From positions 1 through 64,000 of the forward strand of contig NIVC01000288.1 in the NCBI GenBank assembly GCA_002269645.1: a stretch of DNA of 64,000 bases, in the 5' to 3' direction. The notes beneath the pieces are model-generated. The model worked only from the letters and a program-made list of their open reading frames with translations, was not told where the DNA came from and made no database searches. This document shows, piece by piece, positions 48,352 to 61,166 of this stretch; within the stretch, counting starts at the first letter, position 1; every line of letters begins with the position of its first letter. Source of the stretch: Macrostomum lignano. Taxonomy: Eukaryota. The translations under genes and the position numbers were made by a program.

Positions 48352-48653
48352 GGGGCCCATCACAAGCTCGAAAAGTCATAAGCTCGAAAAATCATATCGT
48401 CGAAAAGTTTAGCAACCATCACAAGCTCGAATAGGGTCGGGGTTAGAACTTGTGCCTTTAAGGTTAGGGTTGGGGTTATGGTTAGTGCCTTGAGAGGTTA
48501 GGGTTAGAGCTTGTGCCTTTTCGAGCTTGTGATGGTGGTTGCTAAACTTTTCGACGATGTGATTTTTCGAGCTTATGACTTTTCGGGTTTGTGATGGTGG
48601 CTGCTAAATCAGTTTTCGACGATGCGATTTTTCGAGCTTATGATGGCGACCCC
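48352..48653. mobile_element. 302-bp foldback MITE with an 8-bp TSD and TTAGGG-like central spacer
   Basis: Ends ggggcccatcacaag and cttatgatggcgacccc. TSD agacagcg at 48344-48351 and 48654-48661. Subrepeats tcacaagctcgaaa. Centre contains ggttagggttggggttatggttag...ggttagggttag. Confidence 0.88.
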
Positions 48654-49964
48654 AGACAGCGACGGGGCATTGGTTCCTAAACGTCGTTGTTATTTCTGTC
48701 TGTCTTTGTTACGTTTTCAGCTATATAAGCCTTAGTATAATGCCTTTTATGGTCCGGTTTGGCCTGCGAGACACGTTGCATTCATTCTCAATGCTGCCGT
48801 TTGCCTTACAACAACCGGCAAGACACGTTGACTGAAGGCCTCTGTGGCTGAGGGTTTTATGTCTCTGAATTCTGAAACTGCCTGCCTGTCTGCCTGTCTG
48901 ACTTGGCAACAGCCGCACAGCATGTGCCTCCCCACGGGCAGAACCCCAAACACACGCCGACCCAGCCAATTGATTGCGCAATCCATTCCAAAATGGCTGA
49001 CTAGGACAGAGTATAGGGAAGAGAAGGGCCGGTGTATCACAGTCATAAATTATAATCCCATGACAGGCGGGGGTAAAAGGCTCCAGTCTGACCCCCTTGG
49101 TGCCGCCAAATCTCTGTGGCGTAATAAAATGTTTATCGATCTCTTAACCCCCCCCCCCTCTTTCTTTCTTTCTGAAAAAATCGCAAGGCCTTCCAACTTG
49201 TGCGTTCCAACTCGAGTCTAAACTACCATCCGCTACAGCAGCAGGGCAACTGCCTTCCAGATGCTACTCAAAACCAAATCGCTTTTATAAGGCCTTTCCC
49301 AAGGGCCTAGTATAGACTTAATTGGCTTGACCTCTGCCAGAAACACACACATTGAGAGATAGAGATACAGAACTCAAGTCACTTAGAGTTGCCCTCAGCT
49401 ATTCGGGGTCAGTGAAGGTCAACAAGGAAACAGAAGTTGGAACTGCTTGTTTTCAATACTACCCAAATATCATTGCACTGTTCTCAGAGGTTTAACGAAA
49501 TAGTTGAGACCCAGAAGGATATTTAACAAGAATTTTAAATTGCGTTCCTCAACACCGACCCTGAGGCATGACCGACCCTATAGGTGTGTTTGCTTGCGCG
49601 TGCGTAATTCCAGTAATTCGCTGAAGAAAAGTGGACAACAAAGAGACTGACTTGACTTGACTGACTGACTAATCCGAGACCATATCTCTGATTCAGTGCG
49701 AGCTGGTGACCCCAAGACCGGCGGACGCCTGACCCAACACGGGTCCCCCCCATCTGGATGGCTGGCCGGGGTCACAGTTGTCGCATAAATCATTGGTGGC
49801 GGGCGGCCGCGCCTTGACAGGCGGAAGCGATTCAACAATAAAAATGCGACGAGGCGCGTCTGACAACCCGCTGTCTGGAGTTGTAAAGTTGGACAGAGAG
49901 GCACCCTGTGGCTCTCGCTTCAGTTTTAATTATGGAAACCGGTGTTGGTGTGATAGTTTTACTT

Positions 49965-50049
<85 letters not shown>
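49965..50049. repeat. (GATA)n microsatellite
   Basis: Perfect repeat, about 21 units. Confidence 0.98.
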
Positions 50050-51864
50050 CAAGTTACATTAGCCCCAGACTCCCAGGCATCTAGAATTCAATTGAAAAAG
50101 CTGCGGGCCTCCTTAAAAAGCATGGAGCCTAGACCGCCTCAATAAATCCTGACAAAATGTGGCTGCAGGCCCCAGTAATTTACGCCGCTTATGCCGCATT
50201 CCCCATAATTTGCCAAATAGCATGTTTAGCTTAGGCAACGCCGGTCCCAATTCCCAATGAAAACATTGGCCCGTCCTGGAGACGCGGTATCGAAGCCGGT
50301 AGGGGGGGTTGGGGTGGACGCTTTTTTCCTGTCTTGTTGCTAAGGTGGCAACCCGGATCTGCTGGCAGAGGGCGCATTGTCGCGTAGGCTCCCCAATAAA
50401 TCTTCAGACATTCAGAGCAGATTCCTCCTGGCTCCTTTCAAGGTAAGAAAGGCCTAGAAAAAATTCTAATTTTTGGACGACGCTGCACGAGGCTCTTGAA
50501 GAAGGCAGCTTTGCTTCTGGCATCTTTTTAGTACCGAAGCTGGCTGCATGGCTGTTGCTGGCCTGGGCCCATAGTATCTCGATGTTCGCACCGACTGTAA
50601 ATCAAGTTTCTGTATTATGCATGGGTATGAGAATTCTTCTAACTCTGTCCCAGCTTCCCGAATACTATAGCTTTTCTCTGTCTCCTTCCGTTTCAAACCC
50701 CTCTTTCCGAAATTGTCCCCTAACAACTATTGCTCGCTTAGCACCTGAACTGGATGGTCCGGATCCACAGCTTCTGTCAGTTGTCACAGCCTGGTGGAAG
50801 CTCGTCCATCCTGTATAGTTTTAGATTGTAACAGGCTTGTAAAAAGTCAGACGAGTCTGCACCAACGAGAACGGAGACATCTTCACTAGTATAGGGTAGC
50901 GTGTCTCCATGACATTGAACCCCTGTCCCAGATTTTATTCTTCAACACTTTCTACTTGCTAGCGCGCTGTTTTGGTTGTACAGCCTCTACGACTATAGCA
51001 TTATGGTTACCGGTACCGGTGACGTCACTTGGCTGGCAAAGGTGACGTGTATTACAATTCACTTTCTAAATCTAAGCGAACCTTAAGTTCTTCTGGCTGC
51101 GCGGCTTAATACGGTTCTATTTAATGTCAAGCTAAAGGCAGAAAGATTGAGTACAGAACCTCTCTGTTAAGGTCTTTCCACATTGTGACAGATTGTTACG
51201 TAATCCATATTCACGGACAAAGGGGCTATTGTTAATGAATTGGAGTCTGACTGATAGAATTCCTTTTCTTCCGATCAATTTATCAAAATGTTTCTGGTCT
51301 GGCCCCGCAATTTATATAAATTGCCATTTGAAATTGCATGTAAAGGTTTGAACACGGTGACTCACTGGGATTCGTCACAGATAAATAAGAATTATAATCT
51401 AGGATAAAAAAATCTGATATAGCAATTTCAAGCTTCGATCCCCTTCCAATCCCTGCTCAGTGTCAGTTTGTGAGCTCCCCAAGAATTCTCTCAAGTCCCC
51501 AGCAAATGCTCTCCAATTAAAAACGAACCGCGGCCACCGCGAGTCCCAAAGCCAGAAGAAGGAGCCAAAATGGCTGCTATGGGATGGAGGCTATTCGGTC
51601 GAATTCCCAAACCGGCAATGCATCATGCTATCCCGAGTATTAACGTCTGCGCGGCTTCTGCTGAGCTGAGCGAGTGGGTGTTGTGGAGGCGAGGCTTAGA
51701 GTGAGCAGAACCGCTAGACACATACCCCCCTCTATGAGTCATTCTCTTTTCTTTAGGTGAATCAAGCAAAACGTCTGAAGAAAGATCGGCGTACTTTTCC
51801 AGCCTCCCAAGCTGAAAATTTGAGGCAAAAAACCCTGTTCGTGAATAAGTTCGTAAAACATCTA

Positions 51865-51945
51865 ACCTTTTACCTCCGGGGCTAGATACCTTGAGCAAGC
51901 TGGATTGCTATTGTGAAGCTGCAAAGGACCCGAGAAAATACTATT
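51865..51945 (-). mobile_element. Microsatellite-less member of the hAT MITE family
   Basis: Minus strand tcgggtcctttgcagcttcacaatagcaatccagcttgctcaagg is joined directly to ctagccccggaggtaaaaggtt, the family's right-hand segment. Confidence 0.6.
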
Positions 51946-52025
51946 TTTAGAACATGTTTTTTCCCTAGAGTTGGTCATATTCATACGACCATCCATCAGC
52001 AGTGGAGATATGTACTGCCATGTGC

Positions 52026-52270
52026 TTTGGAAGCAGGTGGGTGGGCTGTGTGCATCCTGGCGCACTTTAAGCGATATTGTCGTACAACCGGCGACAGGCA
52101 TTACTGCCCATTCCGCCGACTTCCCTAAGCAGGCGCATACTCACACAGGAGTGCACAGCGGCCCTAACTTTATTCATCGTTTATTAAGAATGTACACTTC
52201 ACCGGCCTTGGGTTGGCTCTCCAGATCGTTAATGTAACAGCACTTGGAATCGAGCCTGGGCCACCAACAC
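52026..52270 (-). mobile_element. SINE family B, 5'-truncated copy
   Basis: Aligns to 22305-22610, including cacttggaatcgagcctggg (B box). Confidence 0.85.
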
Positions 52271-52850
52271 TCAGATCAGATTAGAATTAAAAAAGAGGAA
52301 AAGGAACTTCTGCGTAATTATTGTCGGGTCTGCTCGCCTCCTGACTGCCGGCACTGGTTGGGTTTGCACTGGCGGCAGTCTGGGTTCAGAGCGGCCAGAC
52401 GGCAAGAGGTGGTCGCAGAGGGAGTTTTCAGGAGTTGGACAGAAGATCAAAGGGTCAAGCCGCCACACTGAAGAGGGTCATAGCTTCCCCCCCGGAATGA
52501 GATCAGGGCTAGGGGGGGTTTTATTGTATAAAAGACAGCATGCAGACCCTTGTAGCTGCCGCCTCTCAAGGGTTAATTTCAGTGCAAACTTGTCCGCGAC
52601 CGCTATGGCTTCCTGTCCACGTGCGATAGAAATTAACCAAACTGACTGGCTCCGCTTAAAACAGCACTAAGTGCAACTTAATGAAGCCTGGCAACTAATC
52701 CGTCATAGAAAACTTTAGTTTAATAGTTGAAGCACAATTTCAATTAGTCTATTATTTTGCCGATTATCGCTGATTACTGCGTTGCACTTAATTGGCCCCA
52801 TTGAACTTAAAACCCCCTGTCGGCTGTCGCCCCTGTAAATCCCTGTCACT

Positions 52851-53120
52851 CCCTGGAACCCCTGTCACCCCCTGGAACCCCTGTCACCCCCTGGAACCCC
52901 TGTCACCCCCTGGAACCCCTGTCGCCCCCTGGAACCCCTGTCAGCCCCTGGAACCCCCTGTTGCCCCTGGAACCCCCTGTTGCCCCTGGAACCCCCTGTC
53001 ACCCCCTGGAACCCCTGTCACCCCCTGGAGCCCCCTGTCACCCCTGGAACCCCCTGTCACCCCTGAAACCCCCTGTTGCCCCTGGAACCCCCTGTCACCC
53101 CCTGGAACCCCTGTCACCCC
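52851..53120. repeat. Minisatellite, 19-20-bp unit cctgtcaccccctggaacc
   Basis: About 13 tandem units. Confidence 0.92.
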
Positions 53121-53976
53121 TTCTTCAGGCAAGAGATGGTAAATTTTTAAGTCTAGTAAGCCAAAATGATGCAATTATGGGTAGCAGAGTTAGGTGGCCC
53201 TAAATAAGAGGCAAGCGCATGGGTCAGAACACCCTTAGATGGACACTCGCCCCTCTACCACCAAGTTGGATGTTCATGGTGGGCTTTAGCTCCAATATGA
53301 TGTACCTTACCTCGAGCCCTGTCACTTCTATGACCCTGGCACCTCCATGACCCCTGGCACCTCTATGACCCTTGAAAAGTCCATGACACCTGGTGCCGCA
53401 CTGCCCACAATCCATCAAATTTAACTAACACTCAAGATGAGATTCTATCTGAAATCATTGACATTGTTTTTACACTGCCCTAGTTTTGTCTAAGTCTAAC
53501 CATATATGATGGTACATAGTAAAGCACTATTATCAGCATTGCATTATCGAAGATACCATGGATTATGGAAAATACAAAACCGATTAGTTATACTGTAGCG
53601 AGTTACGCGCATACTAATTATGCAAATTGCTGTCTTGTCTCAGTTCAGTCTCTCTCCCCCTCTCCCAATGGTTGTGCTGACACTCCTGTACGGTTACTTA
53701 GCGCAATGTCCAGCAAAACCATGCTAAACCCGGGTCCGCATGCATTCGCGTTCGCAGCTAGCGAGCTGTTGTAGTGTCAAATGAGATTAAGAAGGAAAAG
53801 TGAAATTAATGGGCCGTCTATAGCGGAGGGTGAAACAGCTTAAAAGTACAGGCGGCTTTAACGTTTACCAAAATATAGTAGTGAATTTGATTTTATACTG
53901 CTATTAACATACTTTTCTATATGGTGCACTTATGACTTAGTTGGTTCATGTGTTCACGTACGTCAATAATCTATTG

Positions 53977-55398
53977 CTGGGGTCGGAAAAATCCGGCCCT
54001 CTAAATGTTTCTATCGCTTCTCAACTCTCTTCTTTCTAATCTCCTCTCCTCTCCTCTGTTCTCCTCTGTTCGCCTCTCCTCTCCTCTCTTCTCTCCTCTC
54101 CTCTCCTCTCCTCTCCTCTCCTCTCCTCTCCTCTCCTCTCCTCTCCTCTCCTCTCCTCTCCTCTCCTCTCCTCTCCTCTCCTCTCCTCTCCTCTCCTCTC
54201 CTCTCCTCTCCTCTCCTCTTCTCTCCTCTCCTCTGTTCGCCTCTCCTCTCCTCTCTTCTCTCCTCTCCTCTCCTCTCCTCTCTTCTCCTCTCCTCTCCTC
54301 TCCTCTCCTCTCCTCTCCTCTCCTCTCCTCTCCTCTCCTCTCCTCTCCTCTCCTCTCCTCTTCTCCTCTCCTCTCCTCTCCTCTCCTCTCCTCTCCTCTC
54401 CTCTCCTCTCATCTCCTCTCCTCTCCTCTCCTCTCCTCTCCTCTCCTCTCCTCTCCTCTCCTCTCCTCTGTTCTTCTCTCCTCTCCTCTCCTCTCCTCTC
54501 CTCTCCTCTCCTCTCCTCTCCTCTTCTCTGTTCTTCTCTCCTCTCCTCTCCTCTCCTCTGTTCTTCTCTCCTCTCCTCTCCTCTGTTCTTCTCTCCTCTC
54601 CTCTCCTCTCCTCTCCTCTCCTCTCCTCTCCTCTCCTCCTCTCCTCTCCTCTCCTCTCCTCTCCTCTCCTCTCCTCTCCTCTCCTCTCCTCTCCTCTCCT
54701 CTCCTCTCCTCTGTTCTTCTCTCCTCTCCTCTCCTCTCCTCTCCTCTCCTCTCCTCTCCTCTCCTCTCCTCTCTTCTCCTCTCCTCTCCTCTCCTCTCCT
54801 CTCCTCTCCTCTCCTCTCCTCTCCTCTGTTCTTCTCTCCTCTCCTCTCCTCTCCTCTCCTCTCCTCTCCTCTCCTCTCCTCTCCTCTCCTCTCTTCTCCT
54901 CTCCTCTCCTCTCCTCTCCTCTCCTCTCCTCTCCTCTCCTCTCCTCTCCTCTCCTCTCCTCTCCTCTCCTCTCCTCTGTTCTTCTCTCCTCTCCTCTCCT
55001 CTCCTCTCCTCTGTTCTTCTCTCCTCTCCTCTCCTCTCCTCTCCTCTCCTCTCCTCTCCTCTCCTCTCCTCTCCTCTCCTCTCCTCTCCTCTCCTCTCCT
55101 CTCCTCTCCTCTCCTCTCCTCTCCTCTCCTCTCCTCTCCTCTCCTCTCCTCTCCTCTCCTCTCCTCTCCTCTCCTCTCCTCTCCTCTCCTCTCCTTCCTC
55201 TCTCCGCTTCTTTCCTATCCTCTCTTTTCCACTCCTCCTACCGGTATTCATCACTCCTCTCCACCCGTCTCCTTTCTTCTCCTTTATTCTCTCGACTCTC
55301 CTTTCTCCTATCTTCCTTCTCTCTTCTCTATTCCCTCTTCTCTCTCCCCGCAGTCATACTCTATCTGGCCCTTGAAGTTAAAAGTTTGCCGACCACTG
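53977..55398 (+). mobile_element. hAT-type MITE with a (CTCCT)n / CT-rich tract of about 1.3 kb
   Basis: Left ctggggtcggaaaa, right aaagtttgccgaccactg (imperfect TIRs). Microsatellite at about 54035-55340. TSD not preserved. Confidence 0.8.
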
Positions 55399-58300
55399 CT
55401 CTCTTAGTAACGATTCCATTAGTAGCTAGTATTATGAATCAGCCCCTAGTCATTAAACTGCAATGCAACTACCAGCCCATAGTGAACAGCTCGTAAGCCC
55501 ATCAGCCACTAATGCCTGTCGCCAGAACCCTAATTGACAGGTCATCTGACAGGCCTCACTCACTCATTACTCACTGGCTAAGAGTTTTATTATCGAAAAT
55601 CAACGTAAATCATAAATTATACAGCCAAACTGTATAGCCTAGGGGAAGACTAAGTTTCGCTCGCATGCACTTATAGAGTGAGTGAGTCATCGACTGTAGC
55701 GCACACGCGCACACTCTCAAATCCTAGAAGGACTCAACTGCTGCTCAAGAGGGAGCAGAGCAACCGTGCAAACCCGCTTGAGTCAAGATTTTGCCAAACT
55801 AAAAAAAAAGCTGCAGGCTACAAACTGCATAGACGCATTCAAGCAGCCTTCCTGTCAAACCGGCATTGACAAGTGAGCTGGCAGGACTAGTGATAGAGTA
55901 GGTGGAGACCAATCGTGAAGAGACACTCCTAACTAGTTACTAGGAGAGTCCCTTTTGTCTGCGATTGCTGCCGCTTTACTAAAAATGAGCATCCTGAGTA
56001 GGAGAAGGAAGCTCCGGGAGCATTCTGGTGGGATGTGGCTGAGTAACTGGCCGCTAGTGTAGTTGCCAGCCAGAGAGTTGCCGCAAAGCTGACTGTAAGT
56101 TGACTGCTTGAGTGCTTTTTCTACCGCGTTTACCGCGTTGGGCATTGTTCCCAATATTCCTCCCATTGCGGCGTTTTGGCAAAGAACCACCCCCTTCCAG
56201 GCCCCTCCTCCCGACACACACGGAGTTTCCCTGCCGGCACCAGGGCTTGCCAGCGGTGGCTGCCTTCTTGAAAAAAATCTTCTAAAAAGCCGTCACGGGT
56301 GTTGGCTTAGCCTTGGAAAAAAATTGCGCTTAGTGGAGAATGGCTGGGCAAACTCCTGGAGCACGGGAGACAGCATTGAGTCGGCCAGACAGAGGGCAAC
56401 TGAAACAGGGGGAGGGAGGTCACCGCCGTGGCCAGAACTGACTGACAGGAGCTAAAATAGGACGCACATTTTTTCTCTCAGCGGATAACAGCGCGATCTG
56501 AGCTGCGCAACTCGCACTACTCCTCTCAAGCAAACACTCCCTCGCACAACACAAAAGGGTAAAATCAATTCTCTATATACCTAATTCAGGAGTGGGTGTA
56601 TTCATTCAGAAATTTCCAAGGCACGTCAAGACTAAGTTGACGTACAAAGCTGGACGCAATCGCCCAATAGGAAGGAAATCCAGATCGCAGATCTTCTTTC
56701 CAATTCAACTTTTTTGTTTGCCAACGAATTTCTGTATATAAGTCGTGTCGCTGAGCTCTGGAAGACACCTAAGACCTGTATGGAAAAAAACGTTTACTTA
56801 CTAAGAATAGCATCAGATACTGAGACTTACCATTTAAAAAAAAAACAACAATGAACCCTTGGACCGTACATGAGACTGCATCGCCGAGGGCGAGTAGAAC
56901 GGCTACAGTTGCTCGAAGATTTTCAATCCCAGCCGCATCAGCGTTGACCTTGACGACTGCAGCACGACGGCTGTCGTCTGCTAGCTGTCAGGAGCACCAA
57001 GTGAGCCTACCAACATGTACAGTCTGGTACACCTGCCCGACTTTCCATGAGACTCAGTAATATGCCTAACACTCGCCCCAGTGTTCTTGGGTTTAGTTCA
57101 CCTTCACCCCAGTTGGCCAAGGCTTTTAAGTACAAAAACCCCAAGGCTGAGAGTATGAGCACAGATTATGATGTCGAGAAAGTTACGGTTTCTGAACCTC
57201 GTTGAGTGTGCTCATGGGTCAGCAAATTTGAGGTGTAACAACTTGCTTCTTTAGTAGCTAAAATGCCACTCAGCACTAATTATTTACCAAAAACTGCTTT
57301 TACCTTACCATGTTCATTAATACCAGCTAGTTCCATAATGCAAGAAGTTTAAAATAATCGTGAGGTCACCTCCAATCTTGCCCGTTACGTAATGTAGAGA
57401 GAATTCTTAATCACTATGTAGGCTCATTGCGGGTTAAATTTCCTGAAACAAATCGTCTTGGATCGAGAAACAGGGAAACAGAAAAAGGACGAGAGAGAAC
57501 GGAAATAGAAAAAAAATTGAATGACCCAACGTGGACTGGGTCAATTTCATTCACCTCAAATTATTCTGAGGTAAAGTGGCAGCTCTCAAAGGTTTATATT
57601 GGATTATAATTTCATAGGACTTTATTGAATACAAGAAGACTATTTGAACAAAATTCACATAGAACGCATGCATTTATCCTGATAAAAAATCGCTGCAGAA
57701 TGTTGTGATTTAAGGAGGCTTTTGCGAAACAACAAATGCTGGACTTTGAAGCACTTCAGTTCTTTTCCTTAGGCCCTTGCCACTTCATCCAAGAATTATA
57801 AAGCACATTTTCTTTTGCTTATTTTCCTAGTCAAAGAATTTATCCCCATCAGGCTTACGGGTTCACTGCCCGACCCAAGCAGGGATGTATTATAGTGACT
57901 GCCATGAAAGCTTTTGGAGCTCAAAGTGGGTAGGACCGCCCCGGGAGCCGGCACTGTGGATCCTTCAGTTCGGATGGACCAAAGTTCAACCCCTAGTATA
58001 TGAACTAACCATTTTGTTACTCACTTAAATTATTTGCCGTTAAAAATGCCTAGGTACATTATTGCTGTCTTTTTACGCTAAGCAGCATTTTAAATGAATA
58101 AATATAGCTTCAGTTTCTTCTTCTGCCTAATTTATGATTGCTAGTAGAGAGTTCTCCGGAGTTTGTTTCAGAGTCATCACGATGCCTCTACTAAGTAGTG
58201 TCCCTTTGCTGGGTCAAGCTCGCTCACAGGGCTCACCAGCCTGCGCAAGCACTCTCCATGATATGCGCGCAATCTCATGATGCTGGCTTCTTCAAATTTT

Positions 58301-60358
58301 ATTTATTTTTCTGTCCGGCCCTCGCACACACACGGAGTAATCAATTCCAGTTGCAGCAAGGCTTGCTGGAATTTCCTACAGGAGAATGCCGACCAGCCTT
58401 TTTTTGCTTGGAGCTCAAGATGAGAGTGCCTTCGTTTTTTAAACAAAAAATGCCAAGTCCTTTCCTTCTCGGTTCCTCTCCTGAGTTCCGAGTCTCAAAT
58501 GTCTGTCCCGAATTCCGACTTGGAATTTTATGCAGGCTTTCGGGTTTCGCGATCAATTCACAAAATTAATTTCAATTCCTCTCGAAGAGTTCCAGCATCC
58601 CCCCGCCCCCAGAGAGTCCTTCTGTCTCTCAATTTCGTCTCAGCTTTCAGGCTCTTAATTTCCCCTTCACTTCTCTCTGGACTCCGGACTCCTGGACGCC
58701 CTAGTCGGTGGCATTGTTTGAAAAATCGAACTTTTGACTTAATTTTTTTCTGTGAGGGACTGCAAAAAGTCCTTTAATATCCTGAGGCTGTGGAGATCCG
58801 GTTTCCTCGGTTTTTTGCTCTTATTAAAGATATCTAGACGTTTTTTTCAAAAGAACTTTCGTAGCATGAGAAATCTGGGAGGAAGAGCAACATTTTCCAG
58901 CAACTACCAATGCCCACTTGTTGCATTTGCATAGCAGAACTGAAGGCCACCACAGACAAGAAAAACTGCATGCATGGAAACTTTAGCGATGAGAGACTTT
59001 AGATACTATTTCAGTGTGTTCAATGTGTCTGCAGCAGCCAGATACTCGGGTTCCAGCTCTCACGGGTGTCGATCTGCATGTCATACGCCCCCCTTGTCGT
59101 GGGAAAGTCAAAACTAAAATACACACCCAGATCCAGGGGCTTCGTTTAGTAGCGATAATAGTTGTCGATAATCCACTATAAAGTGGCCTCCTACAAGTTT
59201 ACTCGCGAATCAGCAAACGCGACTCTCTCGCCTCTGAGCCAGTAGGAAAACAAAGAGCTGCAAAATATCTAAGTTTCTAGTGTGTTGCAGACTCCATTGC
59301 CCTGGGACCTGGATGCCTGCCTGCATCCTGCTGCCTGCCTGCAAGCCATCGTATATCACACACACACACAGCACAGACCAGTCAATCAAGAGTAGCACAC
59401 ACGTCGCACAGGCCTGGGAACCGACTGTTCCGACGGCCCCTTCAAGATTGTAAATCACCCCTCCCTAAGGCACCCCCCCAACATCACCCCGGGACAGATG
59501 CTTAGCGAAAACATACACAAAGAAGGCACCCTATACCCCATGCCATGCCCCTATGCTGCCTTCACGTGAGCCCTGTTTGAAAAGCGAGAGTGGCCTCCAG
59601 GGCTTTGGTTGCCAGGATTAGCCTCCCTCCTCCCAATTCATCTGTCGCTATAAAGCCGGGGTCAGGCTTAGCCTTGAAGAACAAAGACCTTATAGCTTGG
59701 CTTCCAAAAGCCCGCAGCGAAGAAGCCCTATACATATATAAAGCCAGAAAACGTGCCCCCCCCCCCAAAATTCCACAGCGACCCCCCGCAGCTGTGTGTG
59801 GTGGCGCGTATGTGGTAGCCAGCGAGGGTCACGCCGCCCTCTTAGAGGCCGTCATCGCTGGTCGAGTCATCATTCTGTTCCGACACGATCGGTCTATCCA
59901 TCCATCCATCCTCTGGGGGGGGGGTGATGAGAAATAGTCGAGCAGTTGCTTTTTTTCAGTTGATGACGGCCCCCGACCCTTACAGTCTTGGATTCAATAG
60001 GCTGAGGGGCATTTTAAATATGAGCGTACTAAAATAGCCTTCTCAGTAACCGAATCTTATTTAGTCCGATTTCTTGGACAGATTATTTTATTAGCAGTTT
60101 GTCCAGAAATTACGACCTGGAAAATTTCGTAATTGTTTATCTGAATTTTGTGTCAAGGAAATGTATGTTAAAAAAGTTTGTACCTTGAATTACATTACAT
60201 TTCAGTTGCTAATTGAGTCAGTCTCTCTGCTAGAGTTCGGTTATTTTCGTCGTAAACATGGTCGATGTATCGTTTTTGTTGAACACTGGGAGCGAATAGA
60301 GGGCCAAGACGGGGGGGGCAGGAATGTGCTCTACATGTAATCCATTCGCAATGTACAG

Positions 60359-60693
60359 GAGGATCAACAGCAGCGCTCCACGACCAGACTCGTTAACCAG
60401 TTGCGAGTCGATCCAGCTCAACACCGACATCTGGACCGACAGGGTCAGAAGTGCCAAAAATGCGGCACCAATTGCCATCAGCTGAAGCTGGAAGCCGTGT
60501 CAGAACTGTCCTCAACTAGCATAAGCAACGGCAGCAGCAGCAGCAGCAGCGGCAGCAGCAACAGAGGACACGGAAGCTACCGATCTGACTCATCTTCAGT
60601 TTCGTCGCATTCCTCCTGCATTTCGTCGCCGCTTTCGCCCCTTAGCCGAGGCTCGTCGAAGCACGTGACTTTCGCTGGTTGCCATGGCAACAG
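60359..60693 (+). CDS. KIF26: KIF26/vab-8-like kinesin, exon 2
   Basis: Acceptor tgtacag|60359, phase 0. LRVDPAQHRHLDRQGQKCQKCGTNCHQLKLEAV resembles KIF26 LQVP...RCDICATHLNQLKQEAI (recalled), followed by a Ser-rich tract. Donor cag|gtgaga, phase 2. Confidence 0.8.
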
Positions 60694-60740
60694 GTGAGAT
60701 TTTGATCCATGATCGGCTTTTTGGTTGCTTAGCTCTTTGA

Positions 60741-61166
60741 CCGGGGTCGGCAAACTCCGGTCTCTCTATCTATATTCAGGTCCTTTGAAACTTCACTATA
60801 GCAATCCGGCCCGCTCACGGTGGTATCTATTTTTAGCTCTCTTCTCTAATCTCTTCTCTCTTCTATTCTCTTTCCTCTCCTCTATCTTCTCTCCCTTCTC
60901 TTCTGCCTTCTCTCCTCTCTCTTCTCCTCTCCTCTCCCTTCTCCTCTCCCCTCTCTTCTCCCTTCTCTCCTCTCTCTTCTCTTCTTTCTTCTCGTCTACC
61001 TTCTCTACCCTTTCCTCTCCTCTCCCTTCTCCTCTCCCTTCTCTTCTCCCTTATCTCCTCTCTCCTCTCCTCTCTTTTCTATTACATCCCCTCTGTCCCC
61101 TCGTATGGCCAGCAGTCATGTGACACTATATTCTGGCCCTGGAGATAAAAAGCTTGTCAACATATG
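60741..61166 (+). mobile_element. 426-bp hAT-type MITE with a short degenerate CT tract and an 8-bp TSD
   Basis: Left ccggggtcggcaaact, right aagcttgtcaacatatg. TSD ctctttga at 60733-60740 and 61167-61174. Confidence 0.85.

Noticed and set aside
52941-53174. Collagen-like Gly-rich ORF on the minus strand
   Set aside because: Arises from a 19-20-bp minisatellite, so the Gly-X-Y register is not maintained. No exon signals.
55933-56455. Overlapping 94-115-aa ORFs on both strands
   Set aside because: No recognisable domain or consistent splice sites. Probably chance ORFs in intronic DNA.
56930-57000. Candidate extra KIF26 exon (cccag...caa|gtgagc)
   Set aside because: Stop in phase 0, so it is incompatible with the phase-0 donor at 43646. 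No recognisable motif.
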